Positions 38,319 to 50,150 of a stretch of 64,000 nt of DNA are shown here, piece after piece. Source of the DNA: Camelus dromedarius (taxonomy: Eukaryota); contig NC_087436.1 of the NCBI RefSeq assembly GCF_036321535.1, positions 57,786,001-57,850,000 on the forward strand, in the 5' to 3' direction. Under the pieces are notes generated by a model. That model saw only the letters and a list, made by a program, of their open reading frames with translations. It made no database searches and had not been told where the DNA came from. A program made the translations under genes and the position numbers. Positions within the stretch are counted from its first letter, which is position 1. Every line of letters starts with the position of its first letter.

Positions 38319-38574
38319 CTGGAATCACGGAGAGGCAGAACAGAAATGATTACCAACGCATGGCCAAGTTTTAACTTGCAGTGTCCTAAGTATGGCTGCT
38401 TGGTATTCGAAAACAGAGCTAGAAATGAGAATTACTAAGAATCACTTGCATCAGAACTTTGGTTTCTTTGGGTCACATCCATTTCCCCTCCTCATGACCT
38501 TCCACACCCTGCCCTCCGGGCCACTGTAGCCAGTAGAATGACAATGGGAAGCCAGGCTTTTGCTAATGAAGAGG

Positions 38575-38820
38575 CAACAGACTGCTGTGGTTAAGTGCTT
38601 TGACTTTAGAAAGACATTACCTAGCTCAAATCCCACCGCTGCTGCTTGCTGTGCCTTGGGCGAATTCCTTTATCTCTCAGTGCCCCCCTGTTCCTAGGTA
38701 ATAGCTCCGTACGTACTCTGTCATAAGAAGTAAGAAGACACATTTAAAGTGCTTAAAATAGTACCAGATATACAGTAAGTATGCCTTATATGAGTGTTAG
38801 TAATATTATATTATTGTTAA
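38575..38820 (+). mobile_element. MIR SINE
   Basis: gtggttaagtgc..gacttt.ga..ctcaaatccca..gctgtgccttgggc.aatt.ctt.atctctc.gtgcc, aaagtgctta.aatagtacc. Confidence 0.8.
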
Positions 38821-38840
38821 TATTACCTCTCTCAGATGGA

Positions 38841-39553
38841 AGTGTTTTTCAAACTATTTTATCCCTTTCATAGCTAATAATGTTATGGAAACGACAGGCC
38901 AGTCAAGAAACAAGCACCACTCGGAGGGTTGGAGTACTCAGATGTATTATGCCGGCGGGCTCAGAGGGGCTTCTGCTCCGAAGCTCTGAGCACCTCCAAG
39001 ACGAGCGCATGAGGTTTTATAGGGTAAAGTACAAGCTTGGGGTATTTGGCCAATAGGCATGGAACAGCTTTAGCAGCATCATCATCACAAAAGTGGAGGC
39101 GGGGAGGCAGCAAACCAACATTCCAAAGCCAGATATGTATCTTTGAAAATCCAGCTGGCTAGCAAAAAACATAAACAGCAAACCAACACTAATTAACTTA
39201 GATTTACAAGTCAGTCCAGCAGAACTCAGATCAGTATTCCAATACTTAGACTTGTTAGCCCAGCCCAGCCTCTCCCTCACATTCCTAGACCTGTGAATTA
39301 TCTTGTCAGACCAGCCCAGCTTTTCCTTCACAATAAAATTAGTTTAATTGTTCTTGAGTTGCATAAAAACTGACATATAATCATATAAAATGGAATAAAT
39401 AAATAAATAACTTTAGAATTCAATGCAAATAGTAGAGATAAATATTTTATGGAACAAATACATATATGTGTTCTCAGCTACATCAGTATTTTTTTTTTAA
39501 CTGAAGAGTATTTCTTAGTGTAAATGATGGCCAAAAACATTTGAAAACCACCG
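38841..39553. mobile_element. hAT-type MITE split by the LTR at 38881-39332
   Basis: TIR-like ends agtgtttttcaaact (38841) and tttgaaaaccaccg (about 39540-39553) on either side of the LTR. Confidence 0.5.
38881..39332 (-). mobile_element. ERV1-type solo LTR, copy A (452 bp)
   Basis: TG...CA termini; TSD ATAA at 38877-38880 and 39333-39336; minus-strand TATAAAA (39021-39015), CCAAT box (39050), AATACA signal (38948-38943); CpGs retained. Confidence 0.92.
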
Positions 39554-40199
39554 GCTTAGTATTATTATACAGAAAATAAGGCAGCTTTATATCTGTGCAA
39601 AAGGGAATTTAAAATTTTGTTGGAGTTCTAACGTCAAACATTTAATTCATTCATAAATTCATTTACTTGTACAATGTTTTCTATTGTAGGTACTCCACTA
39701 TGATCCAGAGGAAAAAAATGACAAGAATTTTTGGCACAGTCCTTGCCCCAGTGGACCTTATAGCTTAACAGGAAAACACTCTTTATCAAATAAGTATACA
39801 CTAACCACAAATTACGATATACATTATTCCAACTTCTTACAAATATATAGACCTGAGATAATCTGCAGAAATAAGCTAAGGGTAAAGAGTAAAGGAATAG
39901 AAAATAATCTCACCAAAAATTAGAAGTAAGAAACAACACTTAAAGATACATATAAAGCCGGGCACACCCTATACTGCTCCATAATTAACTGAACGAGTTG
40001 GGGAAGGTGCAAATGTGGTTTAGGATATTTGTTTCTAACTAAATTTCTATTTTATTGTCTTTACCAGCTAATATTCATCAAATTGCCAGTAATGCACGGA
40101 GAGTAAGTAGCTTGTTCAGCATACTTAGTAAATCTTTAGTAAAATCAATTAATATATTTTAAAATTAATATATACATTTAATGTAATTCAAATAAAAAT

Positions 40200-40900
40200 C
40201 AAAGTAGTGTCTTATCAGGAGTTGGATATTTTTGCTGGAGGAATAAAAGGTAATACTATACATTTTTAGTGGAAATGTGAAGTGTTACAGCCTTTAGGCA
40301 TGTGATTAACAACATCTACTAAAATGAAAGTTATGCATATCTCTGACTGATCAATTTCATGTTGGGGAATCTATTCCAATTTATTTCAAAACTAAAGGTA
40401 AATGATATTTACTGCAGCATTTTTGAAGTAATCAAGGCTATAAATAAAGTCATTGCCCACTGATAAAGGAATGAGTGTACAGACTGTGATAAATTCCCTC
40501 CATGACTTCATTATACTTCAAAAACTGAATTAGAGATGCCTGGCAACTTAGAGTCATAGAGACTTCCATGAGATAATTCTGAGTGAGAAAAGCAAGATAC
40601 TGAAAAAGTGTGTCTCGTAAGATCCCCTTTTTGGTAAAATAAATAATGACCAAAATGCTGTATATACATATGTTTAGATATGAATGGCAATGTGTTTGCA
40701 TATACATGAAAGTATATGTGGATATGTGGTATAGTATGTTATATATGTTATATACACATATTATACAGATTATGAGTATACAAAAATATGGAATTAATAA
40801 CACTAGGCTGTTAATATACTAGGTGGAAGGCAAGAATGAGAGGCAGGATGATGATGGGATGGAAGAAGGAAAAAGGACAAAGAAAACCTCAACAATAAAA
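40200..40900 (+). mobile_element. Old L1 (L1MC/ME-type) 3' remnant
   Basis: gtggaaatgtgaagtg.tacagcct, gatcaatttca.gtt.ggaatctat, atatttactgcagcatt, gagtgagaaaagcaag. Confidence 0.6.
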
Positions 40901-41244
40901 ACAAGTATTATTTGATCTCATTTGTGTAAATTTGTATGTTTGTGTGAGAGAGAGGGAGAGAGTAAATAACACACAAATGTATACATAGATGACTGTTAAT
41001 AAAATGTTAAAGAAATATAAGAACAAAGTCAACAATACAAAAATAAAATAAATAAATAAATCAGTTGATGTTGACACCTGTCAGGAAAGATTAAATATGA
41101 ACATATACGTGAAGACGAAGATTTTCCATGTCCTCTAGATACCACTGTTACTATTTTTCTAATTATGCCACAGAAATATGTGTTACTGAGCTGGATTTGT
41201 AATGTCCTTTTGCCTTGAGGATCCTTCAACCTCATCCCATCTCT

Positions 41245-41390
41245 ACAGAGATAAATGCCTCTCCTTATCACACACACACTTGTAAACACAAAGTCACAAG
41301 TAATCACACACCACGGAATTGCTTCTTTGAAACCACAAGTTAGTATCAGTCTGTAAGCGACCTTGAGAAACTTTAACAGGAAATTTATTG
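41245..41390. promoter_or_regulatory. Candidate enhancer (GATA x2/FOX/RUNX/ETS)
   Basis: AGATAA 41249, CTTATCA 41264, TGTAAACA 41281, AACCACA 41331, ACAGGAAAT 41376. Confidence 0.4.
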
Positions 41391-43009
41391 TTAGCATACT
41401 ACAAAGCTACTGCCATTTTTATGAACTATTGGGCAGTTTTGTTAGATTTTAAACCTTTAAGTGAGTCAACGGCTTACATAGTGTGTTCTTTATGATGACA
41501 AAAAGAAATGCTTTTCTCTCAGTGCCCAGAATAACTGTGTCCCTGAGCACTTTAACATACTCTGGAAACCACAAAACTGATCTGGACTTATCTTGGACCC
41601 TAGAAAGAGTGGTGATAAACTTCACGCCAAGCTTCATATATTTTCCTCATCTTATCGGTGCTTTATTCCAATTTTCTCACTTATCTTTAGTTGTTTTAAG
41701 CCATCTTAAATGTTTTAGGATCAATGTAGGTTACTCATACATGTACACAAATAACAGTAAGGGCCCTGAATCAAGAAGCAGTCTAAAACTGACTTTTGTG
41801 GGGGAGTGTACACAGAAGAAAATAGGGCTTAACCACACAGACTAAGGATGACGACTGTTCCTTAACAAGGAGGACTTGTAAATTGATATCATGATCCCTA
41901 TTATATTAGATGTGCATTTTTATCTAAAAGAAACTAAACGTATGTATAGGTTCTCCTTATAGAAACAAATCTAATTCTTGTATTTTTAAGTTCTCAAAAT
42001 AAGGAATCTCTACAATAGGTGTGTACCAATATGTGTGGATACCTGAGCTGGAGGAGGCCAAAGTGACTATTACAGGGTGGGGATTATTAGGTAACTAGCA
42101 TCCCTGAAAGAATTCTTTCCATGGAAACCTAACAATGTCTGATTCTGCCACATGTTCCAATGCATTCCAATAAGCTGCTTTATAGAGCAATGGCTGTAGT
42201 AGGTAGCCAGTTTTTTTTCCTTTTCTTTTGAAATTGCATTGAATCCAGTCACTTAGAAAAAGTACAGGGGGAATAGTTAGTTCTATTTTCTTTGCTTCAG
42301 CTAACATTTTTCTTCCATGAGTTTATTTGATTGTGTCAGCATGATAATAGAAGCCCAAAAGGTTCATTATGCTCTCTAATAGTCATCTAGCGATGGAGCT
42401 TCCTTCTTTTGCACAAAATTTACCACAGTTTTGCACGAAACACTGAAGGATCATAAATGATCATTTCTAACTGACATAAATATACAATGAATTTATCATT
42501 TAAAAAATAGATGTAGTCCATTTTCTAAAAGGTTTTTTGTTATATTACAGCCTTTTTGGCAAAAGAACCTATGTTGTTTCACACTTAATAAAACAAATAT
42601 TGTATCTGTCTTGAAAGAAAATTATAGGAAATAACTTAGATCACTGAGAAAGATTCAGTTAAGGAACAGAAAAATCAATCTAATATTTCAAGAAAGCAAA
42701 ACTACTTCTTATTCTAACAAGCCTGCTATTCACACAATATGGGAAAAAACATAAAAATTAAGCATAGAAAACACTACTACCTGGGGAGATTCAAAAAAAC
42801 AAATAAATTTGGGAACCTCACATGAAGAAACCCACATAAGAATAAGTCAAAACTTTTATTATAAACACAAAATTTTACTATGACACAAATGCCAATATGT
42901 GGTTAACAGTTCAATGCAAACAAAATATATGAAAGGACAGTCTCATTTTTAATGTATAGAATTAAAAGGATGTAGATAAGGAATCTCATAACTATACGCT
43001 AACAAATTC

Positions 43010-43160
43010 TCCTTGGGCAGATGGAGCACCTGAGGCAGTTAGACTCCATTTCTTCTGCAAGATGGTGGCCATCTAAGGGCAATGCTGGCGACGCACAAGG
43101 GGCAGGACACCACCTGTCTGTCACCCGCAGCATCAGGAATCCCTCAGGCAGTGCACGCAT
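43010..43160. promoter_or_regulatory. GC-rich patch with YY1/CTCF-like and E-box motifs
   Basis: CAAGATGGTGGC 43058-43069; CAGATG 43018; CACCTG 43027 and 43111. Confidence 0.3.
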
Positions 43161-46100
43161 TTAGCACAAGTTCTGAAGTCTTGAACCCTAAGTAGCTGAC
43201 ACTTGGTGTGAACAGAAGTACTCTGTTTGGAGGTGCTCAAGTACACAGGAGATCCCTGAGTCTAATAACAATTTTGACTACATTTTTATTATTTTTAAAT
43301 TTTCTGAAGTTTATAATCAATCCAAATGCTGCATCACCTTAACAATATCGTACTGGAAACAATGCTAAGATTAAGCCATTGACTACATCCATGATGCCTG
43401 TATCCCTGTCTCCAATGTGAGGCATTCAATGAAGAAAAGTGTAACATCATTTGAGGATATTGCCAATAAAATATGATGGAAAGAGATACCAAATCTATAT
43501 AAAAATATATTTCTTGACACAAAACATAAATCTTAAAAATGAATTCAAGGAAATTTTATTATGTGCAGACAGTTTATCAGGGTTAGATAACTTTAGTTAT
43601 GTCATGTAGGTTCAGTTATTAGGGAGGGCAAAGTTGAGAAAGGAGGGGAGAATAGTGTCCTCTAGTTTATCCATTCATAGCGTCAACTGTTTACTCAGAA
43701 CACTTTGAGATTTTATGCCTCTAATTCTGACAGATTTCTATTGATGACATTAGTGTAACGAAGAAATTTCAACTGGGTTTTGCTTCCAAATCGGTGCTAC
43801 AATAACAGACCAATCATCATGGACTATAGTGAATATATTCATTTCATTATGGGAATTTTGCCTCTTTTAATTCAAAAAAAGATATTGACACATCCATTTG
43901 GCTAATATGCTGCTATGACATGTTTATATATTAGTAAAATATTTTAAATGCCTTTTGAAGCAAAATAAAAGGAAGCAAATGTCTTTCAGTTAAGTTAAAC
44001 TCTTTTAATCTCTTCTTAATTCAGTGTAACTTTTTTGAACTCCTCCTAGTCACATGACATGTTCCAAAGGCATATTCTCTCCTTTTAGAAGCCATGAAGC
44101 AACTGGAAGTTACTGAGTCATGTTTGAAACCAGCTTTTAAGGTTTCCCCTGCCTTGTCTTAGGACAGCACTGTGAAGACTTCCTCCCCTGGACTTCCTGC
44201 CTGCTTGAAAGGAGGCATCTGGGCTCTTCTGTCACTGTCACCTTGGTGGCCTGCAGTTCATCTCCAAGTACATAGGTAATTCAGGTAAAGCCTGATACTG
44301 CCTCCTTCCTATACTTCTGTTCCAGAGTCTTTTCTCTCAGAAACAGAACAGTAACAACGCAGGAAAAATAACTCATATTTTCCAACATCTTCGTAAGCCT
44401 TATTCAACATCATGGTGATTTTTTCCCTCTAAGGTGGTTGATTACTTGAGTATCTAAACTACAATACCAGTTCACTTCTTTTTATTCTTCTCTCACTTAG
44501 ATTATATATAATGGAGAGAAAAGAATTAATTTTTACCAAGTATCTAGTGCTAGGTATTTTATTTTATTTTTTTTCTTATTCTAGCTTCACAATAATCCTA
44601 CCGTTATTTTGCTCATCCTAAGAGTAAGGAAATGTCCGCTAGAGTTGAGTCTTAGGGAAACACTGATTTTTCTATTACGTAAACTTTTACTCTATAGAAC
44701 TTAGTTCCTTATTAATTTCAGAGGAATGATGAGCTTTATGAAAAAGAATTATAATCTGGAAAATAATTTGTTTCGGAAGTCAAAGCATAGTCTTGTGGGA
44801 GGGGCTAATCTAATCACTGTATACAACACTGGTTGGATTAAGATAAATTCCACAACCAATGCACAAAGTCCTTTGTAAATTAAAACACACAAACACACAA
44901 CAGAAACAGAACACAAGAAAAATAGGAAAGCTTCTCCTGATTGAAGGGATCAGAAGAGTTACAAGGAAGAGATGGTCTTTGGGATGAGTCTTGAATGAGG
45001 GAGATTTTTGTTAGGTGTCTGTGTTGGAGGATGAGGCTGGGGAAGGGTTCTGAGGAAACTTCCAGGTGCAGTTAACAGCACAAGCATAGACAAGGAGGTG
45101 AGGAAGGGTGCATGAACTAAGGGAGAAGCACAGAGTCACAAAACTGAAATGCAGATTTAGGCTATAAAATGGAGGATGAATTTGAAAACAGAACCGAATT
45201 TGGACATGGGACAAAATTAAGTTGCCTGGTACTTCTGGGAGACAGGCCCTAGTATAGATTTCATCAGCGTAATCTAATCTTTCCTATTAATCCATTCTTC
45301 TGATAGATTATACTTGGTGCTGCAACTCATTCATTATCGTCAAGCCAACACTACCATAACCTTGACTGATAAGAGACAGCTTCAACTTGTATGGTGCTCA
45401 GAGTCTGTTTTTATAGTATACTCAAGCCTTCTGCTTATATAATAGTTCTGTTTTGTTTGTTTTTCACATCAGTCACAATTTATTGCAGTGTCTTATGTAA
45501 ATTCAAGGTCATATTCACAATATGCAGGGGAAAAAAAGGTTTTTCTTCTGACATTTATTGCTATTTGAAATTTAGATACATTTAGGCATAAATTACAGTT
45601 TTACTCCAAAGAACCTACACAGTTTATTGATATCCAAAGACTATTAAAGTCTTAACGTAACATAATTTAGGCAGACTAAAAATCATTTTTCCTGGATTTA
45701 GAAAAAATGTTTAAGTCTTTGTAGATCCAATCCAGTGTGCAGAGTTTTATTTCAGAACAACACAAATTGCTTTGATTACCAATTATGCAATCTTCTTCCT
45801 ACAGCAGTATATAGAGTTATACTCTCACTGTCAATTCTTGACTTTTACAGCACTCCAAATGCTTGTTTAAAAAGGATGAATTTAATTCATATTTTAGCAT
45901 TTAGAGTATGATGATTTTACTAAATTTAAACACGTTTTTAAAACCTTTACTTCTGACCAAAACTGACATATTTGGTCATAGACATATCAGGAGCTTATAC
46001 TTAATTTCCTTCCCTTACATAAAAATCTTTTATAAAAATAGTAAATATAGAAAGAATATATATAATCATTCATGTTTCAAGCAGCACTGCAATTTTGCAA

Positions 46101-49049
46101 CGTTAACTGTTTAGTATTGCTTCTAATATATCCAGTAAAAGAGGCGACTTTGTGTTAAGACTTGAGACTTACACATATAGTTCCTGGTACTTCTTTTATA
46201 ATGTACATGTTTTATTTTTCCTCTTTACAGGGTAGAGGTTTACACATGTAAAACTGTCTTTCTTATATAAAAATGTAAAATAATAAGCAACATCTAGACA
46301 TGTTTGTTCAAAGGAAAAGTATCAGGACAGATAGGATTTCTCAGTCATGAAGAATTCTAATATTCTGTAGGACAGCAGATCTTTAAAGGCATTTAAAGTG
46401 CTCATGCAATGACATAAAAATACCATGATTCAACCATGTAAATTTACTTGGGCAATATTTATGTTACAATTTGCTTCCTAGGGAAGTAGGTGTTACATAA
46501 TCGATACACAATTTTTATAGAGTAATTTTAATTATACAATTCTGCCTGTGATCACTGGTATAGTATATGTCAGATGACATATTAAGAAACTGAAAAAGTT
46601 TCTGTGGTTTAAAAAAATCTCAAACGTCGCTGACTTACTGTTTTTGCTGTTCTGCCGTTAAGTTAGAAGAAATAATGTGCATGATATCTATTTATTTAAT
46701 CACCCACCCACTCCCCTCCTCCCTCATTCACCCAATATTTACTGAACATCTGCTATGTGGGCCAGGTGTTATAATGTTTGATTTACCTGTAGTTTTAAGG
46801 CACAAGACCTTCTTCAAAACACAAAACTGTACTAAAGGGTAACAAACTATGTTCTTTATATACTACTTATACTCATACACACACTTCATAAAAGATATAA
46901 TTACATTATGTCTTCAGTATAATGTATATAACCACACAACTATGTGTATAAAATATGTTGTAATTCTGCAAAAACCTCTCTCATATATATATGAAAATAT
47001 ATATATAATACTCTTAAGATCTTGCCCCATTTAAAAAAATATGGTGGGGTGATTGAAAAATGTAGCCCTTCATTGCATTCACTTCTTTTAAACTGTGATG
47101 AAAAACTTGAGTGGTTGACCCTATGTCTCCTCATATTTTCAGTTCACATTTAAAGAAACAGGAAGTTAAATGGGCAAAAAATACTGTTGTATTTTCATTT
47201 CCTCCCTCTGATAAAAATGAATCAAGCTATTGTTACATGAGTACATTAGGGCAACAAATTGAAGACCTCAACATTAATAAAAAGAGATAAGAAACTGTCA
47301 GTAAGAAAGTATGAAAAGGTAGAAAATTTGTCATCTTTTTAAGAAAAGGAAAATCACACTAGAGATGAAAAAAATGACTGTTAGTACAAAAGTAATGAAC
47401 AGCAAAACCCAACTATAGAATGTTTAATGCTGGGAACTACACAGTGCACCCATTAATACTCTTCTATGACATGAAATATTATAGAGGTCGAGGTAGGTCC
47501 TTCCAGTTTATAAAGTACTACCTGAGATTAAATTTTGAAACGTTCATGAATTCTGTGAACCCACTGGAGTTTATCTGTTCTCTGAAAGCACAGTGACGGT
47601 GAGTGGTAACTAAAATCCCAGTTCAGTGTTTTCTAAATAATCTGAAGCTGCTTATTTAGCTACTTGTGGAGCTTTACTTACTTTGAAAAAGTAAGCAATA
47701 GGCAGGAGAGTCAGATGTATATAAATTCTTTCCAATGCACACAGTGAAACATCCTAAAGCATTAACTGAGCACCCAGGGACTGTATGCCAATTTCCAGGG
47801 GCAGTGAGAATTAACTATCCAGCTGATAGTCTCAAAGTTCAGAAAAATTTGAACTTATTACAATATATATCCCTAGGTTTCACTCTTAGCAATTTTTATT
47901 GACTGTTAGGGGGTTTGTAATTTTCTTAAAATTCCTAGACCATTATGATATATTAGGCATTGGTAACTCATTTTCAGCAGAGAATTGGAGTAAGTCTTGG
48001 GGAGCTGAAATTACATGTAAACAGTGTCTGTCTCCAGAGAAAGAGCATCCTTTTGTAGAAACGAAGTACCACTTATCAGAAAGGGGCTTCTTTTTTTTTT
48101 TTCTTTCTTTTGGCCACATCAGACATCAGTGGCTATAACCACTGGGGTATATTTGGTTATATTAATACAATTTAAAAGAACATTAACATTTCATAAAGCA
48201 TCCTTTTCCATCTTGTGTATTGTGGGCTCAGATTTAAAAACTGTTTTGTGAAAGGAAAGAGGGCAAGAGGCTGTAGACAGACCTAAAGGACTGCTCCAAA
48301 GTGTTACCGCTTTGGTTCCGGTAGGTGTCTCTGCTACTTCAGGGGAGACCTATGCAAAAGCTGGTATTTTGCTGCCACAATTCCTTAAAGCAAAGAAACC
48401 TCATAGGAAACATCAATTTTCTCCTTTCTAGAACAGCTCAAACTTTGTGGCCTAGCCCAAGTAGTAGAATCAGTCTCAAGATCTCATACTGAAGAATAAT
48501 GATAAACACTTGACTCATTTTCCTTCTTGCTTCTCCATGCCACCACTCAACAATGAACGGAAATGCAAGAATATATTTTGTTCCATCATTATATTTGAAT
48601 TGCATGGTAAGCCTAGGGAAGATGAGATTAGTTTTGTTCATTTGCTGTTTAACACTCTTGTTTCAGAGAATGAATTTTGGTAATTTTCTAGAAGGTTGGT
48701 AATTATTATTTTATAATATTACAAAAAGAAGTGAATCATAAATTTTCCATATAGGGGAAAAATTATATAATCCCCAACTTTCTTTATATTTTGAGGGCCA
48801 ACATTTTGAGGATGAAGAATGAGGAATTTAAAGCAAAAAGGAACTTCAGATATTAACTATTTATTCTACCCAGAGCAGTGAATATATGAATTCAAAACTG
48901 TATAGCCTGGTAGTAATATCAGGCAAGATTAAAATCCAGATTTCCCCAAATTCCAATTTTCTACAGCTGCTTCACTGAATGATGCTTTGGCAAACTTGGA
49001 GACAGACTGGTTTCAAGTTCCAGCTTTCCAACATACTTTATAGACTTGA

Positions 49050-50150
49050 GCCCATTAAAAACGTAAATCTGATTATGTCATTCCTATTTTCAAAACTCTC
49101 CAACAGCTTACCACCTAACTCAGAGCAAAACAAAAAACCCCTAAAAGGCCGTTAAGTCCTGCAAGGACTTCTCTCTTCCTCCGATCTCTCCTGCTTTACA
49201 TCTTACTGCTCTTTTCAGATGCAGCCATATGAATCTTCTTGCTTTGGTTACTCAAGGGCACTTGGCCCAGCACACCTCTGAACTTGGCCTTTGCTGTTTC
49301 CTCGGCCTGTAAGAAATTTTCCTCTGATTAGCTCCCTCACCAACTCTAGTTTTCCTCCAATATCAGTATCTTCCCTCTGAGGCCTTCTCTAGTACCCTAA
49401 TCATAGTGTGACTCCCCACTCCTGAAACCTCCCCTCCCACCCTCCTCATTTATTGCTCCCCTTACCTGCTTTCTTTTTTTCCTAAAGCACTTATCATTGA
49501 CAAAGTATCACACATTATACATATAATCTCTCTAATTACACCAGAATGTAAACCCCACCTCACCCACCCCCAGGGGAGAGAATGTCGTTTATTTGTGTGT
49601 ATTCTGTGCACTGCTATTGTTATGGAAATGACAGGCCAGTCAAGAAACAAGCACCACTCGGAGGGTTGGAGTACTCAGATGTATTATGCCGGCGGGCTCA
49701 GAGGGGCTTCTGCTCCAAAGCTCTGAGCACCTCCAAGACATGCGCATGAGGTTTTATAGGGTAAAGTACAAGCTTGGGGTATTCGGCCAATAGGCATGAA
49801 ACAGCTTTAGCATCATTATCATCACAAAAGTGGAGGTGAGAGGCAGCAAACCAACATTCCAAAGCCAGATATGTATCTTTGAAAACCCAGCTGGCTAGCA
49901 AAAAACATGAACAGCAAACCAACACTAATTAACTTAAGTTTACAAGTTAGTCCAGCAGAACTCAGATCAGTATTCCGATACTTAGATTTGTGAGTTATCT
50001 TGTTAGCCCCCAGCCTCTCCTTCACATTCCTAGACTTGTGAGTTATCTTGTTAGACCAGCCAGGCTTTTCCTTCACACTATGTCCTCTGTGCCCAGAACA
50101 GTGTTTAGCACATAAAAGGCGGCCAAGTATTTGTTGACTGCTGAATTTCA
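49050..50150 (+). mobile_element. L2 3' region interrupted by LTR copy B
   Basis: aaatctgattatgtcattcct..tcaaaactctccaa; cactgctat|gtcc..gtgcccagaacagtg..agcacataa..agtatttgttga joins across the LTR. Confidence 0.8.
49618..50077 (-). mobile_element. ERV1-type solo LTR, copy B (460 bp)
   Basis: TG...CA termini; TSD CTAT at 49614-49617 and 50078-50081; about 95% identical to copy A by hand alignment. Confidence 0.92.

Noticed and set aside
45908..45966. C/D box snoRNA (ATGATGA ... CTGA)
   Set aside because: Short spacing, no terminal stem and no recognisable guide sequence
38881..50077. Full-length endogenous provirus bounded by the two similar LTRs
   Set aside because: Each LTR has its own TSD (ATAA vs CTAT); the interior has old L1/L2 and unique DNA with no long ORFs
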